Positions 18,295-27,801 are shown, counted from the first letter of the stretch. The stretch is DNA of 32,281 bases from Myxococcota bacterium (GCA_039030515.1 JBCCEA010000040.1:1-32281); one strand, 5' to 3'. Notes: generated by a model from the letters alone, not told the origin. A program made the numbers and translations.

Positions 18295-18552
18295 TTATTT
18301 GGCGACTGGAGCTTCGGTGAGGATGGATCCGCCAGATCGTACCTCCAGTCGATATCGACTATTTGCAGTCTGGAGATAGTAGGTATCCTCGCCTACGATG
18401 TGTAGGACTCTTTTTACCGGAGTGGTGACATACTCGTGAAGCCCGTCGGGGAACTCGATAACTACGACGGATCCCTTTCGCGGCGGCCTCAACAGCCTTC
18501 CAAAGACCGCTCGGCCGGGCTTGCGCCCTACCTTGCGAAGCATCACCTCCAC
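18295..18552 (-). CDS. Small beta-rich hypothetical protein
   Basis: Plausible globular 85-aa sequence (YVTTPVKRV...QTANSRYRLE). Extended -10 motif TGCTAATCT lies 7 nt before the GTG. Confidence 0.65.
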   Translation of the reverse strand: MEVMLRKVGRKPGRAVFGRLLRPPRKGSVVVIEFPDGLHEYVTTPVKRVLHIVGEDTYYLQTANSRYRLEVRSGGSILTEAPVAK

Positions 18553-18887
18553 GACTCAAAGATTAGCACGGGCAGTGGTGCGGGCAAAAGGGTTCCGTGA
18601 GAAGTCTAAATGGAATGCACACCTAGAGTACTAAATACATGGTGACCCCACACGTTGGATTGAAGAAGCGTGGGGTCGGAGAGCCGATTCAAGGAGGTGA
18701 ACGCGACCTTATATTCAGCTTCAGCGAATGAGCCGTTCATCTGGAGTGTCGAAGGCAGAGCGCGTCCGAGTTACTGTCCTAATGCTGGTGAGCTTCTTAG
18801 CTCCAGTGCTGCCGAGTGCTGACCGTTTGAGCTACGCCGCTTTGCGGTAAGCAGCGCCCTTCCGTTTACTGAGCCTCAGACGCAGAG

Positions 18888-19694
18888 TCACGCTGCCGGA
18901 GCAAAAGCAGCGAGCCGCTCTCGTAGCTTTTCGCGCGCTCGCTCTTCCAACTGACGCACTCGCTCTTTGCTTACGCCCATTTCGTTCCCCAACTGCTGTA
19001 GCGTTTTGGGGTCCTCGTTGAGTAGTCTCGCGTTCACGATGCGCTGCTCTCGCTCCGTGAGGGCTACGAGCGCTTTGTCGAGCGCTTCCCGCACGCCCTC
19101 AATCGTCTCTTTCCGTGCGGCTTCTTGCTCAGGACTCTGACCCTCCGACTCAAGTCGATCGATGGCGGCCGGCAAGTCAGCGTAGCGTTGATTGAGCGAC
19201 ATATCGCTCTGCATCAGTATCGGTAAAAGCTTCTCCGCTCGAGCGGTCGGCATGCCGCTGGACTCTGCCAGCTCTTCAGCCGACTCCACTCCCTTGCGAC
19301 GAAAGGCGCGCATGGCTCGGCGCTCAGTCCGCGTCGTGCCGAGTCTGACGATGCGGTAGGAACGCACTACGTAATCGCGTATTTCCGCTCGAATCCAGTA
19401 TGCCGCATAGGTCACCAGACGGCATTCCTTTTGCGGATCAAACTTCGAGGCTGCCTTGAGCAAACCTAGATTGCCTTGTTGAATCAGGTCTTCGAGCGGA
19501 ATTCCCCAGCGTCGATACTCCCGAGCGATGCGGAGCACAAAGGGTAGGCTCGATTCGATCAATCGCGTTCCAGCGCTCTTATCGCCTTCGCGAAACGACT
19601 GGGCAAGAGCGAGTTCTTCCGATGGGTCCAGTGCGGTGATGGTACCAAGCGACCGCCGGTAGCGATCCACAAGACTGATTTGTGCCGTGCTCAT
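18888..19694 (-). CDS. RNA polymerase sigma factor, sigma-70 family, RpoH/sigma32-like
   Basis: Region 2 DLIQQGNLGLLKAASKFDP..RLVTYAAYWIRAEI, IVRLGTT, region 4 TLQQLGNEMGVSKERVRQLE. No region 1.1. SD GGAG upstream. Confidence 0.93.
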   Translation of the reverse strand: MSTAQISLVDRYRRSLGTITALDPSEELALAQSFREGDKSAGTRLIESSLPFVLRIAREYRRWGIPLEDLIQQGNLGLLKAASKFDPQKECRLVTYAAYWIRAEIRDYVVRSYRIVRLGTTRTERRAMRAFRRKGVESAEELAESSGMPTARAEKLLPILMQSDMSLNQRYADLPAAIDRLESEGQSPEQEAARKETIEGVREALDKALVALTEREQRIVNARLLNEDPKTLQQLGNEMGVSKERVRQLEERAREKLRERLAAFAPAA

Positions 19695-19970
19695 GAGTTC
19701 TCCGTGAGCCGAGTTCTATGCAGAGAATATGCCGCTGATTTCATCATTTGTTTTCAGTAACTTAAGTGTGCGTCGCGTGTTCGAGTACGCTTGGCTGCCG
19801 CGGCAGAATGCCGCATTGTGCGGTGCGGCAGGGGCGCTCGACCTGGCCGCAAGGTACTGCTGCGCGGCAGATCCCCTAACGCGACTCCATACACTCAATA
19901 GGACGCACGTTCGGGACGCATGCCGTGAAGTGCTTGACCGCCCACCGGGTTTCGTCGCAGGTTCCATCCC

Positions 19971-21047
19971 ATGCGAGCGAGGGGTTCGATCCTGACGCCG
20001 GGTTGTCTAGTACTTACCCTAGTTTACACGGCGTTGCTGCCCGGATGTTTGCCGGAACTTGGTAGTTGCGATGAAGAAGGCGATCAGGGACGTCAGTTGG
20101 TCTACGTGAACGGAGGAGTGGATGACGGTCTGCCCTATTACGCAGGGCAGGCGTACATGCGGTCCTCCTGCGCAGGTGACGGGGCTTTTTGCCACGCCCG
20201 TAACGCAACCTCCCCGTTTGGAGCACCGAGAGGACTCAACTACGATCTTACACTTGCTTGTCGAGATGACGTATTCAATGCCCAGGACTGCCTACAGCAT
20301 TATCCCGAGGAACACAGCACCCTTATCAACGCCAGAAAAGACGTCTCCAACTGGCGACGGTATATCTATCGAGAGGTGCAGCGAGGGCACATGCCTCCCG
20401 GTAGAGCAGGGCGGTCTGTGGTGAACGCTTCCTCATCTTATCGTCTGAGCCCAGAGCCGGAGGATCCGATTTTACTGCCCAAACTTGGCAGTTCCGAGGG
20501 TCGAGAAATCCTGCGAGAGTGGCTCGCCTGCGGCAATCCGATCGTCTGGCGTGCAGAGGAGCCCGATCAGGGTCAAGTCCCGGGCGATCTTTGCAACGAG
20601 GTGAGCGGGGTCGACGCGAATGGGGACGAATTGGTCGAAGAGGGCATAGGGGACTGCGTCGTACGTCAGCAGCTGGTGATCGACCCCAGCTGGACCTCGA
20701 TCTATGCGTTGGTTATCGAGCCGGAATGCACCGCGTGCCACGACCAGGATCCCGAAAACCCACTGAGAAGTCAGTTTTTGGCGAGTGGTGGCCTCAACTT
20801 GAACGGCCAGGAAGACGCCTATCAGGCGTTGGTGGTTGAGTCGATCAGAGCGTCCTCTACATGCATTGGAGAAGCCACAAATTACGTGGCTCCCGGCGAT
20901 CCCGACGGTTCCTATCTGATGGACAAGATCGGTCCATCAGGACCCATGCTTTGCGGCGGGGTGCGCATGCCCATCGGTGGTGGGCTCGCCGCGATCGCGC
21001 TTGAGGCGATCCAGGAATGGATTGCCAATGGAGCCCAAAACGATTGA
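19971..21047 (+). CDS. Putative c-type cytochrome lipoprotein (one CxxCH and one CX6CH)
   Basis: Lipobox-like LPGC. CAGDGAFCH...HMPP...ILREWL and CTACH...GDPDGSYL...RMP...IQEWI form two repeated cytochrome-c-like halves. Confidence 0.65.
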   Translation: MRARGSILTPGCLVLTLVYTALLPGCLPELGSCDEEGDQGRQLVYVNGGVDDGLPYYAGQAYMRSSCAGDGAFCHARNATSPFGAPRGLNYDLTLACRDDVFNAQDCLQHYPEEHSTLINARKDVSNWRRYIYREVQRGHMPPGRAGRSVVNASSSYRLSPEPEDPILLPKLGSSEGREILREWLACGNPIVWRAEEPDQGQVPGDLCNEVSGVDANGDELVEEGIGDCVVRQQLVIDPSWTSIYALVIEPECTACHDQDPENPLRSQFLASGGLNLNGQEDAYQALVVESIRASSTCIGEATNYVAPGDPDGSYLMDKIGPSGPMLCGGVRMPIGGGLAAIALEAIQEWIANGAQND

Positions 21048-21111
21048 GTTTCGCCGTAGTCTGATCACCAGCGAGGTAGACAAATCGCGGATTTTACGGC
21101 ACCAAGCTCAC

Positions 21112-22980
21112 ATGGGCTTTCTAGAGGACCTCAAGGCGGGTGCGATGGTGATCGACGGAGCCATGGGCACCGCACTCTACGAACAGGGCCTACTCTACAC
21201 CAGCAGTCTGGATGCGGCCTCGCTCACGAGGCCAGAGGTCGTCCGTAAAGTACACGAGTCCTATGTACGGGCAGGAGCCCACGCGATCACGACCAACACT
21301 TTTGGCGCGAATCGTTTCCGTCTGCAGCCACACGGCCTCTCGGATCGCATTGAAGATGTGAACCGCGCTTCTCTGGAGCTTGCACGGGATGCTGCGGACG
21401 GCAGGGCGGTACTGGCCTCGGTTGGACCGACGGGGACCTTGCTTAAGACGATGGGCGCGCTCGATCTAGAACAGGTTCGCGACTCTTTTCGTGAACAAGC
21501 TAGGGTTCTAAAAGAAGGCGGAACCGATGCGATTCTTCTCGAAACCTTTCGTCAGCCGGCCGAGATTCGACTTGCGTTAGAGGGTGTAAGGGCCGGCACT
21601 CGAGGTGAGGTTCCGGTTGTCGCCTGTGTGTCTTTCGATGCGTTCGGAACGATGGCTGACGGCACAGAGCCAGAGCAGATGGCTCAAGCGCTGGCGCAGT
21701 GGGGGGCAGACGCGGTCGGAGTCAACTGTAGCGATGGACCTGCCGGCGTTTATGAAATGATCGTTCGGATGACGGGGTCAGGACTTCCACTGATCGCGAT
21801 TCCCAACGCAGGATTGCCGAGGCGCGTCGAGGGCCGCTTCGCGTACCGAGCGACTCCAGAATATTTTCAGCTTTATGCAAGAAGATTCTACAAGGCCGGG
21901 GTGCATGCAGTAGGAGGTTGTTGTGGTGCGACCTTCGAGCATATCCGTAAGGTTGTTGCTGCAGCCCGTATGGCTGCGGGTCAGGCAAACTCCAGCGAAG
22001 ACATGGGCGGCGGCGGCTCCCGTGAGATGCGGCAGCATCGCATCGCATCGGCCCCTGGGGTTGAAGTTTCTCCTGTGATGCAAAAAGGAAAGCTCGGTGC
22101 CAAAATAGGTACGGAGTTTGTGGTCTCGGTTGAAGTCAATCCTCCGCCAGGACTATCTCTCGATAAAGCGCTTCATGGGGCGGCGGCCCTAAAAGAGGGC
22201 GGTGTCGACGTGATCAACGTGGCTGACGGTCCAAGGGCAAGTGCCCGCATGGGCAACATCGCACTCTGTCTCAGGATTGAGCAGCAGCTTCAGATGCCAG
22301 CGCTCATGCACGTCACCACCCGGGATAGAAACCTGCTGGCGAGTGTGGCGCATCTGCTTGCAGCACACGAACTTGGGGTGAGGAATCTAGTTGTGATCAC
22401 TGGCGATCCGCCCAAGATGGGCGACTTTCCCGACGCCACCCCCGTGTACGACACGGACTCCATCGGGCTTATCCGGCTCATCAAAGCGATGAATCACGGG
22501 TATGATCCTGGAGGCAAGCCCATCGGCGCCGCGACTTCGTTCTTAATCGCCACCGGAGCCGAGCCTGCCGCTCAAGACTATGAGCGGGAGATCCGGAGAC
22601 TAGAACAAAAGGTCGAGGCTGGAGCAGAGTTCATCATGACTCAACCGGTATACGATCCCGAGGTGCTCGATAGGTTTCTCAAGGATATCCAGCACCTCAA
22701 TACTCCGGTGCTCGTGGGGCTGCTTCCGCTTGCCAGTCACAGAAATGCTGAGTTTCTGCACAATGAGGTTCCCGGCATGCGAATCCCAGAAGAAGTTCGC
22801 GAGCGCATGCGCGGCGCTGGCATGGGTTCTGACGCACGAGCTGTCGGCGTTTCGATCGCTCGGGAGATGCTCATGGAGGTGCGAGATCGAGTGCATGGCG
22901 CCTACATTATGCCCCCTTTCGCGCGCTACAAAACCGCTTTGGACGTGATCAAGGGAGTCGTTGCCCCACCTGAATCATGA
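21112..22980 (+). CDS. yitJ: Bifunctional homocysteine S-methyltransferase / 5,10-methylenetetrahydrofolate reductase
   Basis: HMT motifs DGAMGT, TTNTFGAN, GVNC, PNAG and GGCCG. MTHFR motifs SVEVNPP, ITGDPPK, GAEFIMTQPVYD and FLHNEVPG. Start at MGFLEDL. Confidence 0.93.
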   Translation: MGFLEDLKAGAMVIDGAMGTALYEQGLLYTSSLDAASLTRPEVVRKVHESYVRAGAHAITTNTFGANRFRLQPHGLSDRIEDVNRASLELARDAADGRAVLASVGPTGTLLKTMGALDLEQVRDSFREQARVLKEGGTDAILLETFRQPAEIRLALEGVRAGTRGEVPVVACVSFDAFGTMADGTEPEQMAQALAQWGADAVGVNCSDGPAGVYEMIVRMTGSGLPLIAIPNAGLPRRVEGRFAYRATPEYFQLYARRFYKAGVHAVGGCCGATFEHIRKVVAAARMAAGQANSSEDMGGGGSREMRQHRIASAPGVEVSPVMQKGKLGAKIGTEFVVSVEVNPPPGLSLDKALHGAAALKEGGVDVINVADGPRASARMGNIALCLRIEQQLQMPALMHVTTRDRNLLASVAHLLAAHELGVRNLVVITGDPPKMGDFPDATPVYDTDSIGLIRLIKAMNHGYDPGGKPIGAATSFLIATGAEPAAQDYEREIRRLEQKVEAGAEFIMTQPVYDPEVLDRFLKDIQHLNTPVLVGLLPLASHRNAEFLHNEVPGMRIPEEVRERMRGAGMGSDARAVGVSIAREMLMEVRDRVHGAYIMPPFARYKTALDVIKGVVAPPES

Positions 22981-23888
22981 ATTCCGAGATTTGCGATAGC
23001 GCCTTCATGGCCATGGCACGTCGAGGTCTTTTGGTCTTTTCAGGCCGGGCCAGCGCTCTTTGCCTCTCGGTACTGTGGGGGTTGGCGGCAACAGGTGGGC
23101 TCGCTGGATGCAGCGCCTCGTGTCCAGCGTTGCGATTCACCGATCCCTCGCATGCCCTGCTTCAGCATCGACAACAGCGGGCCAATGCGAGAACGATGCG
23201 CGCTGAGGCTCGAGTCGAGCAGTTCGGAGGTCGTGAGGGGCGCATTCGCGGGACGGTGATGATGTTTGTCGAGCAACCAGATCGGGTCCGATTTGATGTG
23301 CTCAGCCAGTTCGGGCCCGTGATGACGTTAAGTAGTGACGGCTCAAGATTTGCGCTCACCGATCTGCGCGAGAACCGGTTTTTGGCCGGACGAACCTGCC
23401 CACAAAATATCGAGCGACTTCTGGGCGTCGCCATGAGCGGGGAGGAAGTCGCTCGTTTGCTCCGCGGAGAACCTCCACGAAGTGAAGGCGCGCGTGCGAG
23501 CCTCGAGTGTACTCGGCATGGTGGTCAACTACTTCGTCTCCACGGCGACGACGGCCGAATTCAAGAAATCGTATACGAGGTGCCTGAACGTGATGCGCTA
23601 CTCCCTCTGAGCGACCAGAGACTACAGCTCATGCGTTCTCAGTTGTTTGATGCACAGGGGCGTACCCTTTGGAGAGCGACCTACGCTGATTATCGAGACG
23701 TCCCCGTCGAAGCGGCAAAGCCGGTGCGGATGCCTTTTGCAGTTCGGTTTATCGATAAGAGTGGAGCGGATACATCGTTTTATTTCAAGGAGATAGAACT
23801 GAATGTGGCTATTCCAGCAGGGGCTTTTGTCCAAGCTCCGCGCCCGGGAGTATCGGTCGAATTGGTGGCGTGTGGTCTGGAGACGTAG
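22977..23888 (+). CDS. LolA/LolB-like (DUF4292-type) lipoprotein
   Basis: Lipobox LAGC. Beta-rich PDRVRFDVLSQFGP pattern and C-terminal ELNVAIPAGAF. ATGA overlap with yitJ. Confidence 0.65.
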   Translation: MNSEICDSAFMAMARRGLLVFSGRASALCLSVLWGLAATGGLAGCSASCPALRFTDPSHALLQHRQQRANARTMRAEARVEQFGGREGRIRGTVMMFVEQPDRVRFDVLSQFGPVMTLSSDGSRFALTDLRENRFLAGRTCPQNIERLLGVAMSGEEVARLLRGEPPRSEGARASLECTRHGGQLLRLHGDDGRIQEIVYEVPERDALLPLSDQRLQLMRSQLFDAQGRTLWRATYADYRDVPVEAAKPVRMPFAVRFIDKSGADTSFYFKEIELNVAIPAGAFVQAPRPGVSVELVACGLET

Positions 23889-23962
23889 CCCTCAAGCGTC
23901 TTGTGCGCTGAAGTCGCTGAGAATCTCGAACGGTTAAGGTCTGGTTGCCATATACTGATCAG

Positions 23963-24745
23963 GTGGGCGCTTCGGTGGAAGAGGTATCCCTCGTTCGAGA
24001 CATTCTGGAGGCAACACTTCCCGCGGAGGTCGTGTCCGATGCACTGGAACGAGCGATTCAAAGTTGTGCACATGGAACACCGCGCAACGCAGCCGAAGTT
24101 CGATCTTTGGTCGCGGGACCCCTCCGGCGAGAACTCAATCTGTTGGTCGGTGCAGAAGCCTGCGATGCGGTTCTGAACCTGCTTGAGGAAATGTTCGCAG
24201 ACGAGGAAGCCGAAGACGAGGAAGTCGAAGTTGCCACAAACGACGCGATCTCTTCGTATCCTGTGACGGCGAGTTTCGATGTCGACATCGATTTCAGCCT
24301 GGATGAGGACGGAGACGAAATGGCCTCCCTGCCGGTCGGACGGGTGACCACCTCGCTACCTACGGTCCGTCACATGCCCGTACCCGTGCTTATCACCTCA
24401 GGTTCCGACGGCCTGGCGCGGAGCCTCGACCAGAGCCTCGGCGCACGTCTGGTCAAGGTGATTCATATCGAGGATGTTGGCGGGATCTCCAGAGCGGTCT
24501 TTTCCGCCTCCCCCCTGCTGGTTGTTGTCGATGCGGACGATCCACCGGCGGGCGCACAAGGAGTGCTGATAGAAGCGACGCGACGCTTGCCCCTAGGCGT
24601 GCTTCTAGTGCTCTGGGGATCGGAGACGCCCATGGGTCGGCATTTGGGCGGAGTGTTCGATAAGGAGTCGATCAACGCTATCGGCGTAGAGAGTGAGCAC
24701 GGCGTTGAAGCGCTAGGGGACCTAATCGCGTCTCGTCAGTCTTGA
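23963..24745 (+). CDS. Hypothetical protein (helical N-terminus, acidic linker, degenerate receiver-like C-terminus)
   Basis: Long ORF filling the gap in the same orientation. VPVLITSG..PLLVVVDA..VLLVLWG is a flavodoxin-like pattern. Start is TTG 23945 or GTG 23963. Confidence 0.65.
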   Translation: MGASVEEVSLVRDILEATLPAEVVSDALERAIQSCAHGTPRNAAEVRSLVAGPLRRELNLLVGAEACDAVLNLLEEMFADEEAEDEEVEVATNDAISSYPVTASFDVDIDFSLDEDGDEMASLPVGRVTTSLPTVRHMPVPVLITSGSDGLARSLDQSLGARLVKVIHIEDVGGISRAVFSASPLLVVVDADDPPAGAQGVLIEATRRLPLGVLLVLWGSETPMGRHLGGVFDKESINAIGVESEHGVEALGDLIASRQS

Positions 24746-24770
24746 AGATACTGTGGTAGCTTCGGCGCCT

Positions 24771-26804
24771 ATGTCCGACCCACTGTTGGATGTTCGCAAC
24801 CTCGTTACCGCATTCCATACGGAGGCAGGTCTTTTGCGGGCGGTCGATGGGATCTCATTCGATCTCGCCCGAGGAAGCACGCTCGGCATCGTTGGCGAAA
24901 GCGGCTGCGGTAAGAGTGTGACTTCGCTGTCTCTGATGCGCCTTATTCAGGGTCCTTGGGGAGGGATCGAAGAGGGAGAAGTACTGTTCGAGGGGCGAGA
25001 TTTGGTTCGGCTTAGTGAAGCAGAGATGCGTAGCGTTCGCGGCAAGGAGATCGGCATGGTGTTCCAAGACTCCATGAGCTCTCTAAATCCGATCTACACG
25101 GTTGGACATCAAATCAAGGAAGTGCTTCGCGCCCATCTCAGGCTCTCGCCTAGGCAGGCGAACGAAAGAGCGGTCTCCCTGCTCGACTTCGTCGGGATTC
25201 CGGCCCCGAAGAAGCGAGTGGAAAGCTACCCTCACGAGCTGTCTGGGGGGATGCGTCAGCGGGTCATGATTGCACTTGCGTTGGCTTGCGAACCAAAACT
25301 GCTTATCGCCGATGAGCCGACGACGGCGCTCGATGTGACGATCCAGGCTCAAATCCTCGAACTGCTCGCGCGACTTCAGCAGGAACTGAGCATGAGCATC
25401 ATCCTAATTTCCCACGATCTCGGGGTCATGGCTCAGTTCGTCGACGAGGTGATCGTGATGTACGCGGGCACGATCGTGGAGCGCGCAAGCGCCAAGGCGC
25501 TCTTTCGCCGGCCGCTTCATCCCTATTCACAAGGGTTGCTCTCCAGCCTGCCCAGTTTTGGCGAGACTCGAAACCGTGTTCGATTGCCGACGATTCGCGG
25601 CGTGGTCCCTGATTTACTGCGGTTGCCCGAAGGATGTAGATTCCGCGACCGATGCGATTCCGCCTCTGCGCAATGCGAACAAGGCGAGCCGTCACTTGAG
25701 CAAACTGCCGAGGCAGATCGATCCGTCGCATGCATCCACCCGAACCCTGCAGAAGTTGGGCGCCCGGTACGTACGGTGCACCCAGTGCGAGAAAAATCAG
25801 AGGCACGCGATCGCACTGAAAACTCCGGGGACCGCGATTTCATCAAGGTGCAAGGCATCACCAAGCGTTTCCCATCGCGTCGCAGCGTACTCGGCAGGAC
25901 GCATGCTTGGATACGCGCTGTAGATAACGTCTCACTCTCGATTGCCTGTGGCGAAACCGTAGGTCTTGTCGGTGAGTCAGGGTGCGGCAAGAGCACTCTC
26001 GGTAGGTTGATCCTCCGGCTTATCGAGCCGACTCAAGGAACCATTGAAGTCGACGGGGAAGACATCACGCGTAAGTCGCTTCAGGCGATGCGTCCCTTCC
26101 GGCGACGCATGCAGATCATCTTTCAGGATCCAAAGAGCGCGCTTAATCCCCGAATGACCATCCGCGCCACACTGGCAGAGGCGATGCGTATCCATCATTT
26201 GATCGACGGGACCACAGAAGAGGAAGCTCGGGTGGCTGAACTGCTCGAGCGGGTTGGGCTTCGACCCGAATGGATGCTTCGTTATCCCCACGAATTTAGC
26301 GGTGGACAGCTCCAACGAGTCGGCATTGCACGTGCGCTGGCCGTGAACCCTGATTTTATCGTTGCGGACGAACCCATTTCAGCGCTGGACGTCTCGATTC
26401 AAGCGCAAGTGGTCAATCTCTTGAAAGACCTTCAAGACGAAATGGGGCTCAGCTTTCTGTTTATCGCGCACGACCTGCACATCGTGGAGCATTTCAGCGA
26501 TCGAGTTGCGGTGATGTACCTGGGGCGCCTGGTCGAAATCGCACCGGCGTCAGCGCTCTATCGTGAACCAAAGCATCCCTATACTCAGGCGCTGCTGAAC
26601 GCTGCCCCGCGTATTTCATCTGAGGCCCCCCAAGATCGTGTTGTCCTCAAGGGGGAGACGCCCAGTCCCCTCGATCCGCCGTCCGGTTGTCACTTTCACC
26701 CAAGATGTCCCCGTGCGAAGTCTGGACTCTGCGATCACGAAGCCCCCGTCTTACGTCAACTGGCAGATGGGCATTGGGTATCCTGTCATCTCGCGGACCT
26801 TTAG
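24771..26804 (+). CDS. Fused dipeptide/oligopeptide ABC transporter ATPase (OppD+OppF type)
   Basis: Two GESGCGKS Walker A motifs, signatures LSGGMRQR and FSGGQLQR, two ADEP Walker B motifs, and two HPY plus Cys-rich C-terminal domains. Confidence 0.95.
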   Translation: MSDPLLDVRNLVTAFHTEAGLLRAVDGISFDLARGSTLGIVGESGCGKSVTSLSLMRLIQGPWGGIEEGEVLFEGRDLVRLSEAEMRSVRGKEIGMVFQDSMSSLNPIYTVGHQIKEVLRAHLRLSPRQANERAVSLLDFVGIPAPKKRVESYPHELSGGMRQRVMIALALACEPKLLIADEPTTALDVTIQAQILELLARLQQELSMSIILISHDLGVMAQFVDEVIVMYAGTIVERASAKALFRRPLHPYSQGLLSSLPSFGETRNRVRLPTIRGVVPDLLRLPEGCRFRDRCDSASAQCEQGEPSLEQTAEADRSVACIHPNPAEVGRPVRTVHPVREKSEARDRTENSGDRDFIKVQGITKRFPSRRSVLGRTHAWIRAVDNVSLSIACGETVGLVGESGCGKSTLGRLILRLIEPTQGTIEVDGEDITRKSLQAMRPFRRRMQIIFQDPKSALNPRMTIRATLAEAMRIHHLIDGTTEEEARVAELLERVGLRPEWMLRYPHEFSGGQLQRVGIARALAVNPDFIVADEPISALDVSIQAQVVNLLKDLQDEMGLSFLFIAHDLHIVEHFSDRVAVMYLGRLVEIAPASALYREPKHPYTQALLNAAPRISSEAPQDRVVLKGETPSPLDPPSGCHFHPRCPRAKSGLCDHEAPVLRQLADGHWVSCHLADL

Positions 26805-26922
26805 GTGCTTCGGCGGGGCATCATAGTTCCTCCCGACAAAGTGTCTCCACCGTTCCTTGGCCTGAAAAACACCGCGACTGTTGCCCAGTTGTGAAGTTCG
26901 CAGTACCACGGACGGCGTATGA

Positions 26923-27801
26923 GTGAGTCCAATGAGATGGATCGCCTGGAGCGTTGATGTGCAGGCAAGAGCGATCGAGATAAGGAGCGAAGTCAGGGAG
27001 GACGGTTTCAAACGCCGACTCGGCTTTTACCTGTATTGCGCGGTACTCACCGTCGTGTTTTCTCTCGGAGCGTGTGCCCACATTTCCCGCGAGGAGCAGG
27101 ACCGCTCCCGGCGCGAATTTGAACTTGCTGCAACTTTGCATGCAGAAGGGAACAACCAAGCGATCGTGGTCGAACGACTGCGTGGTGCGCTTGAACTCGA
27201 CCCTGAGAATGCCGAAGCGCACTTGCTGCTCGGGTACATTCACATGGAGCGATCCGATTGGGAGACCGCAGTGAAGCTACTTAAACGAGGTTTGCGCTTC
27301 TTGATCGCTCGTCAAGAGGGAGATTCGCTGGTTGCGGAGGCAAAAAACGTACTCGGTGCGGCACTTGTGCACGCGGGGCGTAGTGATGAAGCGATACCCA
27401 TTCTGAGGCAATCCGCCACGGACCTTCTCAACACTGCGCCTCAGCACGCCTGGGGCAACCTCGGTATGGCGTACATAGAGCAGCAGTCCTGGGACCGAGC
27501 GCTCGAAGCCCTAGAGGCCGCGGTAGAGGTCCAGCCTCGCTTTTGCCGAGGTTATTTTTTGATGGGTCAGGTTCATTTTGCCCGCGTCGACTTGGAACCT
27601 GCCGAAGAGGTGCTGACTCAAGCTGTGGAAGCTGACGATCGGTGCACCGGGTATCAGGATGCCTACAAGTTGCGCGGAGAAGTTCGAGCGAGGCTCGGCT
27701 CCCGCACCGAAGCGATTGGCGATTTCGAGCGATGTGTCGAGATCAATGCGGACAGTGAAGCCGGTCGAGCCTGCCGCAGACTTCTAGAAGGGGCCCTGTA
27801 A
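26923..27801 (+). CDS. tgl: TPR lipoprotein, Tgl/PilF-like type IV pilus secretin pilotin
   Basis: Lipobox LGAC, several TPRs (AEAHLLLGYI, AKNVLGAA, AWGNLGMAY), QPRFC motif and paired Cys. Followed by HTH and recO as in myxobacterial tgl loci. Start uncertain. Confidence 0.75.
   Translation: MSPMRWIAWSVDVQARAIEIRSEVREDGFKRRLGFYLYCAVLTVVFSLGACAHISREEQDRSRREFELAATLHAEGNNQAIVVERLRGALELDPENAEAHLLLGYIHMERSDWETAVKLLKRGLRFLIARQEGDSLVAEAKNVLGAALVHAGRSDEAIPILRQSATDLLNTAPQHAWGNLGMAYIEQQSWDRALEALEAAVEVQPRFCRGYFLMGQVHFARVDLEPAEEVLTQAVEADDRCTGYQDAYKLRGEVRARLGSRTEAIGDFERCVEINADSEAGRACRRLLEGAL

Noticed and set aside
18553..18887. tmRNA (a short frame ending YRKAA-stop and an ACCA end on the minus strand)
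   Set aside because: No tRNA-Ala-like 5' end (GGGG..GGATTCGAC) and no proper T-stem. The ACCA-bearing stem is a local hairpin.
19745..19770. IHF-like site (TTTCAGTAACTTA) upstream of the sigma gene
   Set aside because: Two mismatches to WATCAANNNNTTR, too weak to call from sequence alone.
20977..21111. N-terminal extension of YitJ
   Set aside because: It overlaps the upstream gene. Homology starts at MGFLEDL (21112).
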